Source of the DNA: a marine group bacterium Sva0996 bin134
Lineage (GTDB): Bacteria > Actinomycetota > Acidimicrobiia > Acidimicrobiales > Bin134
Assembly: GCA_002239105.1 (NCBI GenBank)
Contig: MPNQ01000010.1
Span: 14,638 to 78,637, forward strand
Reading direction: 5' to 3'
DNA length: 64,000 bases
Positions 1-11,514 of the stretch are shown piece after piece (position 1 is the first letter of the stretch; every line of letters starts with the position of its first letter). Both the position numbers and the translations under genes were made by a program. Under the pieces are notes generated by a model. The model ran no database searches. It was not told where the DNA came from and worked only from the letters and a program-made list of their open reading frames with translations.

Positions 1-728
1 TGCCCGACAGCCCCAACCTGCCCTACGACATGCGCAAGGTGATCGGTGCGTTGGTGGACGACGGGGACTTCATGGAGTACCACGCCCACTGGGCCCAGTC
101 GATCGTGTGCGGCTTCGCCCGCCTGGACGGCTACACCGTTGGCGTGGTGGGCAACCAGCCGATGGTGTTGGCCGGCGTGCTCGACATCGAGTCGTCGTCC
201 AAGGCGGCCCGCTTCGTGCGGACCTGCGATGCCTTCAACATCCCACTCCTCACCCTGGTGGACGTGCCCGGCTTCTTGCCTGGAGTAGATCAGGAGCACG
301 GAGGCATCATCCGCCATGGCGCCAAGCTGCTCTATGCGTACTGCGAGGCCACTGTGCCCCGCATCCAGGTCATCACCCGGAAGGCTTATGGCGGAGCCTA
401 CGTGGTAATGGACTCCAAGTCGGTGGGCTCCGACCTGTCGTTTGCCTGGCCGGGTGCCGAGCTGGCGGTGATGGGTCCCCAGGGGGCGGTGGAGATCATC
501 CACCGCCGCGAGCTCCAGTCGGCCGCCGATCCGGTAGCCCGGCGGACCGAGCTGGTGGACGACTACACCGAGCGCTATGCCAACCCCTATATCGCCGCCG
601 AACGGGGCTACATCGACGACGTCATCGACCCGGCCGACACCCGCCGTCTGGTGATCGACGGTTTCCAGATGCTCCGCTCCAAGCGAGAAGAACTGCTGCC
701 TCGCAAGCACGGGGTTATCCCCCTCTAG
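1..728 (+). CDS. pccB: acyl-CoA (propionyl-CoA type) carboxylase carboxyltransferase beta subunit, C-terminal part; 5' end lies outside the window
   Basis: Frame is open from nt 3 to the stop at 726-728. Translation PDSPNLPYDMRKVI...GVVGNQPMVLAGVLD...LVDVPGFLPG...ITRKAYGGAYVVM is the C-terminal half of the AccD/PccB carboxyltransferase family. Confidence 0.9.
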   Translation, partial: PDSPNLPYDMRKVIGALVDDGDFMEYHAHWAQSIVCGFARLDGYTVGVVGNQPMVLAGVLDIESSSKAARFVRTCDAFNIPLLTLVDVPGFLPGVDQEHGGIIRHGAKLLYAYCEATVPRIQVITRKAYGGAYVVMDSKSVGSDLSFAWPGAELAVMGPQGAVEIIHRRELQSAADPVARRTELVDDYTERYANPYIAAERGYIDDVIDPADTRRLVIDGFQMLRSKREELLPRKHGVIPL

Positions 729-785
729 TCACTAACGTTGAAAAATCACCCCGGCGCGGCCGAAAAGGCCAGCTAGAACAGCCCT

Positions 786-980
786 ATGAGCCTCATCCAA
801 TTCACCCCGCAGCCCACCGACGAGGAAGTGGCCGCCATCTTGGCCGCCTACGAGGCTCTTTGGCCCCGCCCCGCGGCCTTCCAGCCTGAGACGGCCGTCG
901 CACCCCGCTGGCGGTTCAGCGGTCGCTGGTGGACTGCCCCGGCCACAACTCGCCGTCAACGACAGGCACTGCGCCGATGA
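786..980 (+). CDS. acyl-CoA carboxylase epsilon-subunit-like small protein
   Basis: 64-aa ORF directly after pccB. PTDEEVAAILAAY... and a Trp-rich tail (PRWRFSGRWW) resemble the small AccE/PccE subunits that follow pccB in actinobacteria. Its stop overlaps the next ATG (ATGA at 977-980). Confidence 0.5.
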   Translation: MSLIQFTPQPTDEEVAAILAAYEALWPRPAAFQPETAVAPRWRFSGRWWTAPATTRRQRQALRR

Positions 981-1543
981 CCGCCGACCCTGCTCGCCAT
1001 CGGACACCCGAGGAGCTGGAGGCGGCCCTCGACCACATCCGCCAAGCTCCTGCCGATCAAGGCACCCTCGAGTTGATCGTCCGCCGGCCCGCGGTGAACG
1101 AGCGAGAAGTGCTGGAATCCGGCCTGCTCACTCTGGAGGAGGGCCTTGAGGGTGACACTTGGAGCCAGCGGGGCTCAACCAAGACAGCCGATGGCGGCCC
1201 ACTGATTGACGCCCAGATCAACATCATGAATGCTCGCACAGCCGCGGCGATAGCCGGACCCATCGAACGGTGGCCCCTAGCTGGCGACCAGCTCTACATC
1301 GACCTCGATATCAGCTTGGAAACCCTCCCTGCTGGCACTCAACTCGCCATCGGCGAATCCGTTATCGAGGTCACCGCCGAGCCCCACACCGGATGCGGGA
1401 AATTCTCCGGCCGTTTCGGCCTCGACGCCCTCCGCTTCGTCAACTCCCCCACCGGTCGAGCCCTCAACCTCCGCGGCATAAACGCCAAAGTCGTCCGCCC
1501 CGGCCCCATCCGCCAAGGCGACCCCATCACCCGACTCTCCTAG
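977..1543 (+). CDS. MOSC domain-containing protein
   Basis: ATG at 977 (the track starts the ORF at 929). LELIVRRP...GLEGDTW...INIMNARTAAAIAG...PHTGCGKFSGRFG...NLRGINAKVV fits MOCO-sulfurase C-terminal (MOSC) domain proteins. Confidence 0.7.
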   Translation: MTADPARHRTPEELEAALDHIRQAPADQGTLELIVRRPAVNEREVLESGLLTLEEGLEGDTWSQRGSTKTADGGPLIDAQINIMNARTAAAIAGPIERWPLAGDQLYIDLDISLETLPAGTQLAIGESVIEVTAEPHTGCGKFSGRFGLDALRFVNSPTGRALNLRGINAKVVRPGPIRQGDPITRLS

Positions 1544-2208
1544 CGGGGCCACGAAGCCGAAGGCTGCTTCACCGCAGCCTTCAATCGCCCCAGATATTCA
1601 CTCCGGGGAATCTCAATCGCCCCCAAACTCCGCATATGCTCCGTCGCCCACTGCACATCCAGCAGCCGCGTCACCCCTCCATGAGCCAACCGGCCCACCA
1701 GCGATACCAGAGCCACCTTGGAGGCGTCGCGGTCAACGTGGAACATCGACTCGCCGGCAAACAGACCGCCGATCGACACCCCGTACAGCCCGCCTACCAA
1801 CTCCCCATCCTCCGACCACGCCTCCACGCTGTGGGCCCACCCCATCTTGTGCAGTCGCACATAGGCATCTCGGATGTCCGGTGAGATCCATCCGTGGGGC
1901 CGCTCGATCATCCGACAGGCGTCGATCACATCAGCAAAGGCAACATCGGCGGTGATCCGATAGCGGCGCAACGACCGGCGCAACGACCGAGTCACCCGAA
2001 GGTCGTCGAGAGGAATCACGCCTCGTGGATCAGGCGACCACCATCCCAGTTTGTCGGTGCGGCCCAGCGGCATGGGAAACAGGCCTGCTCGATAGGCGGC
2101 CAACAGCGTGCCGGGAGCCAGATCGGCCCCCACCGCCACCAAGCCGTGCTCGTCGGCCGCCTCCGCGGGCGGAAATGCCCATTGGCTGGGTTCAGGCTCC
2201 AGCCTCAT
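1540..2208 (-). CDS. aat: leucyl/phenylalanyl-tRNA--protein transferase
   Basis: 222 aa. LLAAYRAGLFPM, GWWSPDPRGV and GGLYGVSIGGLFAGESMF are hallmark L/F-transferase motifs. Convergent CTAG stop overlap with the MOSC gene. Confidence 0.85.
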   Translation of the reverse strand: MRLEPEPSQWAFPPAEAADEHGLVAVGADLAPGTLLAAYRAGLFPMPLGRTDKLGWWSPDPRGVIPLDDLRVTRSLRRSLRRYRITADVAFADVIDACRMIERPHGWISPDIRDAYVRLHKMGWAHSVEAWSEDGELVGGLYGVSIGGLFAGESMFHVDRDASKVALVSLVGRLAHGGVTRLLDVQWATEHMRSLGAIEIPRSEYLGRLKAAVKQPSASWPR

Positions 2209-2260
2209 GCTCCGGCCTCATCCCCATACTCTGCCCCACCCCGAGGCAATGAGCTGAGGG

Positions 2261-3760
2261 TTAGCCGGATTCTTCGACGGTGACCGACTTGACGATCACC
2301 TGGGGATCGGGGGCTCCGCCCAGCCGGTTGCCGGGCTGGTCGGCGTGACTGGCCAAAATGGCCTCGGCCACCGCCAGGCTCTCGGCGTCCATCTGGCCGA
2401 ACACCACGTAAGTGCCCTGGCTGTTGAGCAGGGCGGTGTTCTCATTCACCGCAAGGAAGAACTGGGCGCTGGCGCTGTTGGGCGCTCCGGTGCGGGCCAT
2501 CACGATCTGGCCCGGCTCGTAGGTGAAGCCCGACCCCTCATCAGGGATGGTGTAGCCCGGCCCAGGGTCAGACGGGGAGTTCGTGTGGGGCGCCCCGCCC
2601 TGGATGATGCCGATGCTCGGGTCAGTGCGGAACAACAGCGTGTTGTCGTAGTAGTGGTACCGGGCCAAAACTGCGAAGTTGTTGGCGGTTACCGGCGTGT
2701 TGGCCACGTCGAGGTCAATCCTCATCTCCCCCGCAGTGGTGTCGAACACCGCGGTGTGCTGCTTGGAAACGTCCAAGCACATGGGTTGGGGACCGTCGAA
2801 ATCCAGGACGGTGGGTCCTGATCCGTCTGCGGGCGGGCATGCGCTCAAGTCAATACTCCCTTCAGGAGTGGTGTCGGTGGCTTGTATGTCGATGGAGTTG
2901 ATAATGACCGTTTCCGACGGCCGTCCTCCGAAGGCGGTGTCGGGGTTGTCTACATGGAGAACCAGGGCATCCAACACGACAGTCAAGCTGCCATCGGAGA
3001 TCTGCCCCAAAGTGGCCAGTCCGGAAACCGGTTGGGACGGCAAGAAGTCTGCCTCGTCGTAGGCCAAGAACAAGAACTGGCCCGCAGAATCGCCCTCGGC
3101 CGACCACAGCAGCTGGCCGGCCTTCGAGGTCACCTCCTCGCCGGGGTCGACTGTGAATCCCGGCCCGGGATCGTCAGCTGAGTTGGTATGGGGTGATCCA
3201 CCCTGGATGTAGCCTCCGGTGGGATCGGTGTAGAAGATGGCCGTTCCGTCGTAGTAGTCGTAGCCGGCCAGCGCCGCGAAGGCGTTCACCGCCTCAGGAG
3301 CGGCCTCCTGATCCAGCGCCACCCGTATCCGCCCCAGGCTGGTGTCGAACACTGCGGTGTAGGCGAGTTCGGGATCGAGGCACTGAGCCGGCGCCGATTC
3401 AAACGAGGTCACCCGGAACGTCGGACCTGCCGTATCGGGACAAGGGGTGACGTCTCCGCTTAGCTCGCCGCCGGGCGCCGGAGGTGGTGGAAGCTCCGGG
3501 AATCCACCGGTTCCTGGCGCGGCCTCGGCGCCATTGCCGTCAGCAGTGTCACTTGCAGCACTGGGAACATCGGATTCACCGCTGTCGCCACTCTCCCGCA
3601 GCGTCAGCCAGAGAATTAGCACGCCCACCACGATCGCCAGCCCGATCAGGGCGACTCGGACCCCCCCAGAGCGGAGTCGACCGCGGGTCTCCGTCACCTT
3701 GGCCCGCTGCTGCGCGATCTGCCGATGCTCCCGCTGTCGCTGCCTCTTGCTAGTGGCCAT
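2261..3760 (-). CDS. membrane-anchored peptidyl-prolyl cis-trans isomerase with two cyclophilin-type domains
   Basis: Basic N-terminus plus one TM helix (VALIGLAIVVGVLILWLTL), then a Pro/Gly linker. Two repeats follow, each with ...F(Y/R)TDP..G(Y/I)IQGG(S/A)PHTNS..DPGPG... The second retains QIVMARTGAPNSASAQFFL, typical of cyclophilins. Confidence 0.8.
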   Translation of the reverse strand: MATSKRQRQREHRQIAQQRAKVTETRGRLRSGGVRVALIGLAIVVGVLILWLTLRESGDSGESDVPSAASDTADGNGAEAAPGTGGFPELPPPPAPGGELSGDVTPCPDTAGPTFRVTSFESAPAQCLDPELAYTAVFDTSLGRIRVALDQEAAPEAVNAFAALAGYDYYDGTAIFYTDPTGGYIQGGSPHTNSADDPGPGFTVDPGEEVTSKAGQLLWSAEGDSAGQFLFLAYDEADFLPSQPVSGLATLGQISDGSLTVVLDALVLHVDNPDTAFGGRPSETVIINSIDIQATDTTPEGSIDLSACPPADGSGPTVLDFDGPQPMCLDVSKQHTAVFDTTAGEMRIDLDVANTPVTANNFAVLARYHYYDNTLLFRTDPSIGIIQGGAPHTNSPSDPGPGYTIPDEGSGFTYEPGQIVMARTGAPNSASAQFFLAVNENTALLNSQGTYVVFGQMDAESLAVAEAILASHADQPGNRLGGAPDPQVIVKSVTVEESG

Positions 3761-3861
3761 CGCCTGAAATCTAGAGGTAGAGCTACTGAAGTGCCTACCA
3801 GCCCGAAAAACTCGGAAAACAACAACCGAAGTGGTGATGGGGGGCCGGTAGCGTTTCTGCC

Positions 3862-5076
3862 ATGGCCTTAGTGGTGCAGAAGTTCGGCGGCACGTCGGTG
3901 GCCAACGCCGACCGTATCCGCGAGGTGGCCGACCACGTGCGTCGTTGCCGAGACCGGGGCGACCAAGTGGTTCTGGTGATCAGCGCCATGGGCAAAGAGA
4001 CCGACGAACTGCTGGCGCTGGCGTCGGCGGTCTCCGACACCCAGCCAGGCCGGGAATTGGACATGCTCATCACCGCCGGAGAACGCAAGGCCTGCGCCCT
4101 GGTGTGCATGGCCCTTCACGATCTGGGGGTGCCCGCCGACTCCTTTACCGGCAGCCAGGCCGGATTCATCACCGACACCAACCACGGCAACGCCAAGATC
4201 GTGGAGATCACCCCCGGACGAGTCCAGGCCGCGCTGGAGGAAAACCGCGTTCCGGTGGTGGCCGGTTCGCAGGGAGTGAGCACCGAGAACGACGTGACGT
4301 TCTTAGGCCGAGGCGGCTCCGACACCACGGCGGTGGCCCTCGCCCACACCCTGAGCGCCGATGCCTGCGAGCTGTATACCGATGTTTCCGGGGTGTTCAC
4401 CACCGATCCCCGGGTATGTGCCGATGCCCGCAAGATACCCAGCATCTCCTTCGAGGAGTTGTTGGAAATGACTGCGGTGGGCTGTCCGAAGCCCGCCATG
4501 CGTTCAGTCGAGGTGGCCCAAAACTACGGCGTCAAGCTGCACATTCGTTCGGCATTCACCTGGGAGCAGGGAACCTGGGTGGTCAAAGAGGAGTCTTCCA
4601 TGGAGCAACCCATCATCCGATCGGTCACCCCCGACAGCTCGGAGACCAAGATAACTGTCACCGGCGTGGCCGACCGTCCTGGCGTGGCCGCGGCCATGTT
4701 CCGTCAGCTGGCCGACGCCGGCGTGAACGTCGACATGATCGTGCAGAACGCCTCTGAGGACGGCATCACCGACATCTCATTCACCGTTCCCGACGGCGAC
4801 GCCGATACCGCCGCCGACATCACCCAGAAAGTGGCCGACGAGATCGGCGCCACCGGGGTGACCGCCGACCGGGACATCGCCCGGATCAGCCTGGTGGGCG
4901 CCGGCATGAAGTCGCACCCCGGTGTGGCCGCCACCATGTTCGAGACTCTGTCGGAGAATCAGATCAACATTGAGATGATCTCCACCTCTCCTATTCGCAT
5001 CAGCTGTGTGATCCGCCAAGAACATACTGATGCGGCCACGCAGGCCTTGCACGAGGCCTTCGGCCTGTCCCGATAA
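3862..5076 (+). CDS. lysC: aspartate kinase (alpha subunit reading frame)
   Basis: MALVVQKFGGTSV... amino-acid-kinase N-terminus, two C-terminal ACT domains, followed by asd as in actinobacteria. Confidence 0.95.
   Translation: MALVVQKFGGTSVANADRIREVADHVRRCRDRGDQVVLVISAMGKETDELLALASAVSDTQPGRELDMLITAGERKACALVCMALHDLGVPADSFTGSQAGFITDTNHGNAKIVEITPGRVQAALEENRVPVVAGSQGVSTENDVTFLGRGGSDTTAVALAHTLSADACELYTDVSGVFTTDPRVCADARKIPSISFEELLEMTAVGCPKPAMRSVEVAQNYGVKLHIRSAFTWEQGTWVVKEESSMEQPIIRSVTPDSSETKITVTGVADRPGVAAAMFRQLADAGVNVDMIVQNASEDGITDISFTVPDGDADTAADITQKVADEIGATGVTADRDIARISLVGAGMKSHPGVAATMFETLSENQINIEMISTSPIRISCVIRQEHTDAATQALHEAFGLSR
4600..5076 (+). CDS. lysC: probable nested in-frame aspartate kinase beta subunit (ACT domains only)
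   Basis: Internal ATG at 4600 (Met247) preceded by AAAGAGGAG with a 6-nt spacer. It lies at the kinase/ACT boundary where Corynebacterium and Mycobacterium lysC start their beta subunit. Confidence 0.45.
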   Translation: MEQPIIRSVTPDSSETKITVTGVADRPGVAAAMFRQLADAGVNVDMIVQNASEDGITDISFTVPDGDADTAADITQKVADEIGATGVTADRDIARISLVGAGMKSHPGVAATMFETLSENQINIEMISTSPIRISCVIRQEHTDAATQALHEAFGLSR

Positions 5077-5093
5077 CGGCATCAGTTTCCTGA

Positions 5094-6388
<1,295 letters not shown>

Positions 6389-6443
6389 TGCGGATCTGTT
6401 TAGCCGATTAGAGGACCGGTCACGGTGACCCGGTGTATTCGGT

Positions 6444-7220
6444 TCACAGGCGGTAGCCGCCATCCACGCTGATCACCTGTCCAGTGATGCCTCCGCCCGC
6501 TTCTGAGGCCAACAGCACCGCCATGGGGGCCAGTTCCTCCGGTTCCAGAATTCGGCGCTGGGCACTGTCGGCGTGGGCGTCGGCCTCGGCCTGGGCGGCG
6601 CTGACCCCTTTGGCTGTGGCCAGCTTCTCGAAGTCCACCAACGCCGTGTTGGTCCACCCCGGACAAAGACAGTTCACCGTGATCCCATAGGGCGCCGCCG
6701 CCATCGCCAGCTGCTTGGTAAGACCCACTAGCCCGTGCTTGGCCGCGGTGTAGGCCACGCTGGCCGCGGCTCTCTTAGATGCACCCGAGCCGATATTGAT
6801 GATGCGGCCATATCCCCGCTCCCGCATTGGCGAAAGCGCCTCCTGGCTGGTCCAAAAGGCCGAAATGAGGTTCAACCGCAGCGTCCCCATGAACGCCTCG
6901 GCATCTCCCGAGAACGGATCATGGTTTCCCTCCGACGAGCCCCCCACATTGTTGACCAGCACGTCAATCCGACCGAACTCAGCCATCGCCGCCCGCACCG
7001 GTGACCGGGCCTGGTCTTCATCGGCCGCGTCCGCCACCACGGCCACTCCCTGCCCGCCGACATCTTCAATCTCGGTCACTACTGCATCGAGCTGCTGCTG
7101 GGTCCGAGACGACACCACCACTGCCGCGCCCTCCTGGGCCATTCCAAGCGCAATGGCCCGACCGATCCCCCGGCCCCCGCCCGTGACCACGGCGATCCGG
7201 TCTGCCAGTTGCCCGCTCAC
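6444..7220 (-). CDS. SDR family oxidoreductase
   Basis: VVTGGGRGIGRA cofactor motif, NNVG, and YTAAKHG catalytic Tyr-x3-Lys. 258 aa. Confidence 0.85.
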   Translation of the reverse strand: MSGQLADRIAVVTGGGRGIGRAIALGMAQEGAAVVVSSRTQQQLDAVVTEIEDVGGQGVAVVADAADEDQARSPVRAAMAEFGRIDVLVNNVGGSSEGNHDPFSGDAEAFMGTLRLNLISAFWTSQEALSPMRERGYGRIINIGSGASKRAAASVAYTAAKHGLVGLTKQLAMAAAPYGITVNCLCPGWTNTALVDFEKLATAKGVSAAQAEADAHADSAQRRILEPEELAPMAVLLASEAGGGITGQVISVDGGYRL

Positions 7221-7223
7221 GGC

Positions 7224-7613
7224 CTAGCCATAGGAAATGCTGCGATGGGCCAATTTCCAGCCGTCGGATGTGCGTACCAACCGATCGCGGTAGGTCCCGA
7301 ATAGGGCGATTGAAGGCTCGGTCGCGGTGTTCACCCAAAACTGCCAATAGACTTCGGAAGTGGCATCGTCGCCGTCCACTGCCACCGCCTGGGTGGTGAT
7401 CACGTGGCGAGTGTTGCTCCCCGGCCCAACCGTTCCTGCGGCCCGCCGCTCGATCGCCCCCGCCAAGAGGTTGTCCCGCCCCTGAATGGCCGCCCCCGGC
7501 ATCTCCCACAGAGCATCGTCGGCAAACAACTCCACGTACTCCTCCAAATCCCCCTCATCTGCCAACTGAGCCAACCGGGCAACAACATTCCTGATCGCAG
7601 CATCATCACTCAT
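7224..7613 (-). CDS. SnoaL-like / NTF2-fold protein
   Basis: 129 aa. AIRNVVARLAQLADEGDLEEYVELFADDALWE... is typical of SnoaL_4/NTF2-like domains. Confidence 0.55.
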   Translation of the reverse strand: MSDDAAIRNVVARLAQLADEGDLEEYVELFADDALWEMPGAAIQGRDNLLAGAIERRAAGTVGPGSNTRHVITTQAVAVDGDDATSEVYWQFWVNTATEPSIALFGTYRDRLVRTSDGWKLAHRSISYG

Positions 7614-7635
7614 GCCGAGAGACTAACTTCGACCC

Positions 7636-9324
7636 ATGCACGACCTCGCAATCCGCGCCGGAACAGTTGTCGACGGCACCGGCCAAGCACCATTCACCGC
7701 GGATATCGCCATCGACGACGGCACCATCACCAACATTGGCAGAACCATTGGTGCAGCCCGACAAGAACTAGACGCCGACGGTCTCCTCGTCACCCCCGGC
7801 TTTGTCGACATCCACACCCACTACGACGGCCAAGTCTCCTGGGATTCCGACATGACCCCCTCGGTGTGGCACGGAGTGACCACCGTGGTGATGGGCAACT
7901 GCGGGGTGGGCTTTGCCCCCGTGCGCCCCGGATCAGAGGAATGGCTCATCGGCCTGATGGAAGGTGTTGAGGACATCCCCGGCGCGGCGCTGGCCGAGGG
8001 CATTGAGTGGGAGTGGGAGAGCTTCCCCGAGTACCTCGATGCCGTCGAGCGCAAACCCCGCACTATCGACGTGGCCGCCCAAGTACCCCATGGCGCGCTC
8101 CGGGCCTACGTCATGGGCGAGCGGGGGGCCGACCACCGCAATCACCCCACCGGTGCTGAGATCGCCGAGATGGCCCGACTGGCCGCCGAGGGCATTGCCG
8201 CTGGCGCGGTGGGTTTCACCACCAGCCGTACCATCAACCACAAGACCAAAGACGGCGAGCACACCCCCAGCCTCACCGCCGGCACATCCGAACTGTGGGC
8301 CATCGCCGAGGCCGTGGGGCACACTGGCAAGGGCGTGTTCGAAATGGTGGGCGACTGGGGAGACTTGGACGCCGAATTCGACTTGGTGGCCGAGATGGCC
8401 CGAGTCAGCGGCCGCCCGCTGTCGATGACCATTGCCGTCCCCGACAGCCGGCCCGACCTAGGCCACCAGCTTCTCGACCGCATCACCCGGGCGGCCGAAG
8501 CGGGCATCCCGCTCCGGGCCCAGGTGGCCAGCCGCCCCGTGGGGGTGCTCGTTGGTCTCCAATCCACCTATCATGCGCTCCTCTCGTGTCCTGGCTACCA
8601 CCAGATCGCCTCGCTGGATCTTCCTACGCGGGTGGCCCATCTGCGTGAGCCCGAGGTGAGGGAACGCCTAGTGGCCGAGTTGGCCGCCCAGCCCGTCCAT
8701 ACCTTCAATCAACTCGAAAAGCTCTTCCCGCTGGGGGAGACCCCCGACTACGAGCCCTCGCCCGATGCCAGCGTGGCTGCCGAAGCCGCCCGACGAGGGG
8801 TCGACCCCCACGAAGCCCTCTATGACGCCTTGCTGGCCCGCGACGGCACCGAGCTGCTCTATGTGCCGGTGATGAACTACGCCGACGGCGACTTCGAGCT
8901 CACCAAAGAGATGCTCACCCACCCGCTGAGCGTCCCGGGATTGGGCGATGCCGGGGCCCACGTCGGGTTCTTGTGCGACGGCAGCATGCCCAGCTTCCTC
9001 CTCTCCCACTGGGGCCGCAACCGGTCGCGGGGCGAAACCCTTCCGGTGGAGCAGCTCATCAAGTGGCAGTGCGCCGACACCGCGGCCTTGGTCGGTTTCA
9101 GCGACCGGGGCACGCTGGCGGCCGGGCAGCGGGCCGACATCAACCTCATTGACTTCGACCGGCTCAATCTGCGAGCCCCTGAGATGGTGTTCGACCTTCC
9201 CGCAGGTGGGCGTCGGCTGATTCAGCGGGCCAACGGCTTTGTCGCCACCCTGGTCGCCGGCCAAGCAGTGCTGGTCGACGGAGAGCTGACCGGCGCCCTG
9301 CCCGGGCAGTTGGTGAGGAGCTGA
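7636..9324 (+). CDS. amidohydrolase, N-acyl-D-amino-acid deacylase (D-aminoacylase) family
   Basis: [11 protein letters not shown]...[15 protein letters not shown] metal-binding HxH motif. Length of 562 aa is typical of the family. Confidence 0.8.
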   Translation: MHDLAIRAGTVVDGTGQAPFTADIAIDDGTITNIGRTIGAARQELDADGLLVTPGFVDIHTHYDGQVSWDSDMTPSVWHGVTTVVMGNCGVGFAPVRPGSEEWLIGLMEGVEDIPGAALAEGIEWEWESFPEYLDAVERKPRTIDVAAQVPHGALRAYVMGERGADHRNHPTGAEIAEMARLAAEGIAAGAVGFTTSRTINHKTKDGEHTPSLTAGTSELWAIAEAVGHTGKGVFEMVGDWGDLDAEFDLVAEMARVSGRPLSMTIAVPDSRPDLGHQLLDRITRAAEAGIPLRAQVASRPVGVLVGLQSTYHALLSCPGYHQIASLDLPTRVAHLREPEVRERLVAELAAQPVHTFNQLEKLFPLGETPDYEPSPDASVAAEAARRGVDPHEALYDALLARDGTELLYVPVMNYADGDFELTKEMLTHPLSVPGLGDAGAHVGFLCDGSMPSFLLSHWGRNRSRGETLPVEQLIKWQCADTAALVGFSDRGTLAAGQRADINLIDFDRLNLRAPEMVFDLPAGGRRLIQRANGFVATLVAGQAVLVDGELTGALPGQLVRS

Positions 9325-9425
9325 ACAGCCCCTCGATCGCAAGTGTCATACGCCTTCCTGGGTACTCCTGAGTAGAGCGATTAGTTGCACTTCCAACTAT
9401 CGGACTTCCTTGATAGGATTTCCGC

Positions 9426-10991
9426 ATGGTCGAGTCAATGTCGGGAATTCCCCTCGACCCCTTCTACGGCGATGGGTTGCAGCCGGGCGAGTACCCCTAT
9501 ACGCGAGGGCTGCACCCCACCGGTTACCGCAGCAAGTTGTGGACCATGCGCATGTTCGCCGGGTTCGGCACCGCCACCGACACCAACGCCCGCTTCCATG
9601 CCCTGCTTCGGGCCGGGGGAACGGGACTATCCACTGCCTTCGACATGCCCACGCTCATGGGCCGCGACTCCGACCACGAGTGGGCGATAGGCGAGGTCGG
9701 CAGAGCCGGAGTGGCCGTAGACACCCTGGCCGACATGGAGGACCTGTTTGCGGGCATCGAACTCGACAAAGTCACCACCTCGATGACCATCAACGGGCCA
9801 GCGGCTATTTCGATGGCCATGTATGTCGCAGTGGCCGAGAAGAGCGGCGTTGGCCGGGCCGACCTCGGAGGCACCATCCAGAACGACATCTTGAAGGAGT
9901 ACCAAGCCCAAAAGGAGTACATCTTCCCGCCCCGCCCCTCGGTTCGGCTGGTAACCGATCTGATCCGGTTCACCACCGCGGAGATGCCCCGATGGCATCC
10001 GGTCTCCATTTCGGGATACCACATCCGCGAGGCGGGCTCGACCGCCGCCCAAGAGCTGGCCTTCACCCTGGCCAACGGCTTTGCCTATGTGGAGGCCGCC
10101 GTCGCGGCCGGATTGAACGTGGATGACTTCGCGCCGCGGCTGTCTTTCTTCTTCAATGCCCACAGCGATTTCTTCGAGGAGATAGGCAAGTACCGGGCCG
10201 CTCGGCGCATCTGGGCCACTTGGATGAAGGATCGCTACGGCGCCACCAACCCCAAGTCGCTGATGTGCCGGTTCCACACGCAGACGGCGGGGGTCTCCCT
10301 CACCGCTCAGCAGCCGGAGAACAACATCGCCAGGGTGGCCGTCCAGGCCCTTTCCGCGGTGTTGGGAGGCACCCAGAGCCTGCACACCGATTCATACGAC
10401 GAAGCCCTGGCCCTCCCCTCGGAAAAGGCCGCCCGCATCGCCCTTCGCACCCAGCAGATCGTGGCTCACGAGACCGGTGCCGCCTCGGTGGTCGACCCGC
10501 TGGGGGGCGCCCCCTTCGTGGAGTGGATCACCGACGAGATGGAGCGCCAGGCCGACGAGATCTTCGACCACATCGACCAACTCGGCAACGGCTCCATGCT
10601 GGAGGGGGTCTACGCCGGTATCGAAGACGGCTACTTCGTGGGGGAGATCGCCGACGCCGCCTACCGCTTCGAGCGCGAGGTGAACGCCGGTAGGCGCATC
10701 ATCGTGGGGGTCAACGAGTTCACCGAGGGTGACGAGGACGAGGCCAATCTGCTGTCCATCGGCCACGAGACCGAGGAGTTGCAACTCAAGCGACTCGAGA
10801 AAGTTCGCGGCGACCGCGATGATGATGCAGTGAGAGGTGCTCTCGCCGCGTTGGTCGAAACGGCCGAGCAGCCCGACGTGAACCTCATGCCCCCCATCAT
10901 CGATGCGGTGCGAACCTACGCCACCGAGGGCGAGATCGTCGCCGCTTTGGAGACGGTGTTCGGCACCTATGTGGAGAATGCGGTGGTATGA
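9426..10991 (+). CDS. B12-dependent acyl-CoA mutase, large substrate-binding subunit (isobutyryl-CoA-mutase-like signature)
   Basis: [56 protein letters not shown] and FHTQTAG are the mutase TIM-barrel motifs. No fused B12 domain. Confidence 0.9.
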   Translation: MVESMSGIPLDPFYGDGLQPGEYPYTRGLHPTGYRSKLWTMRMFAGFGTATDTNARFHALLRAGGTGLSTAFDMPTLMGRDSDHEWAIGEVGRAGVAVDTLADMEDLFAGIELDKVTTSMTINGPAAISMAMYVAVAEKSGVGRADLGGTIQNDILKEYQAQKEYIFPPRPSVRLVTDLIRFTTAEMPRWHPVSISGYHIREAGSTAAQELAFTLANGFAYVEAAVAAGLNVDDFAPRLSFFFNAHSDFFEEIGKYRAARRIWATWMKDRYGATNPKSLMCRFHTQTAGVSLTAQQPENNIARVAVQALSAVLGGTQSLHTDSYDEALALPSEKAARIALRTQQIVAHETGAASVVDPLGGAPFVEWITDEMERQADEIFDHIDQLGNGSMLEGVYAGIEDGYFVGEIADAAYRFEREVNAGRRIIVGVNEFTEGDEDEANLLSIGHETEELQLKRLEKVRGDRDDDAVRGALAALVETAEQPDVNLMPPIIDAVRTYATEGEIVAALETVFGTYVENAVV

Positions 10992-10995
10992 GCCG

Positions 10996-11448
10996 ATGAG
11001 CGATCTCCCTGCCGACCCATCGTTACTCCTAGACGCTGAATCCGAGATTCCGATCCGGGTGGTTTTGGCCAAACTGGGATTGGACGGCCACGACCGTGGT
11101 TTGAAGGTCGTGGCCCGCACATTGCGAGACGCTGGCATGGAAGTGATTTACCTGGGCCTGCGCCAGACCACCGACAGCATTGTCGCCGCCTGCGAGCAGG
11201 AGGACGCCGACGCAATCGGGCTTTCCATGCACAACGCCGGTCACCTCACCCTGGCTCCCCGCATGGTGGAGGCTGTAGCCCAAGCTGGATTGGACGTGCC
11301 GGTGGTGATCGGCGGGATCGTGCCCGCAGACGACGTCGCCACGCTGATCGACTTCGGCGTGGCCGCGGTCATCGGTCCCGGCGCATCTGCCCAAGAAGTC
11401 GTGTCCGCAGTGAGCGCGGCCGTGGACCGCCAAACCGCCGCCCAGTGA
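10996..11448 (+). CDS. acyl-CoA mutase small subunit (cobalamin-binding domain)
   Basis: ATG at 10996, 4 nt after the large-subunit stop. RVVLAKLGLDGHDRGLKVVA contains the DxHxxG B12-binding motif; also GLSMHNAGHLTL... Confidence 0.85.
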   Translation: MSDLPADPSLLLDAESEIPIRVVLAKLGLDGHDRGLKVVARTLRDAGMEVIYLGLRQTTDSIVAACEQEDADAIGLSMHNAGHLTLAPRMVEAVAQAGLDVPVVIGGIVPADDVATLIDFGVAAVIGPGASAQEVVSAVSAAVDRQTAAQ

Positions 11449-11514
11449 GCCCTAAGCCAGCCGACGACCAGTTCGAGCGATGAGCTCCGACCCGCTCGAC
11501 GAGCTGTTCGAACG

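Noticed and set aside
3761-3861. Lysine riboswitch upstream of lysC
   Set aside because: The 101-nt divergent spacer is too short for an L-box aptamer, and I could not recognise its conserved helices.
9325-9425. Cobalamin riboswitch upstream of the B12-dependent mutase
   Set aside because: The spacer is only about 100 nt and I see no B12-box-like element. It is too short for the known aptamer.
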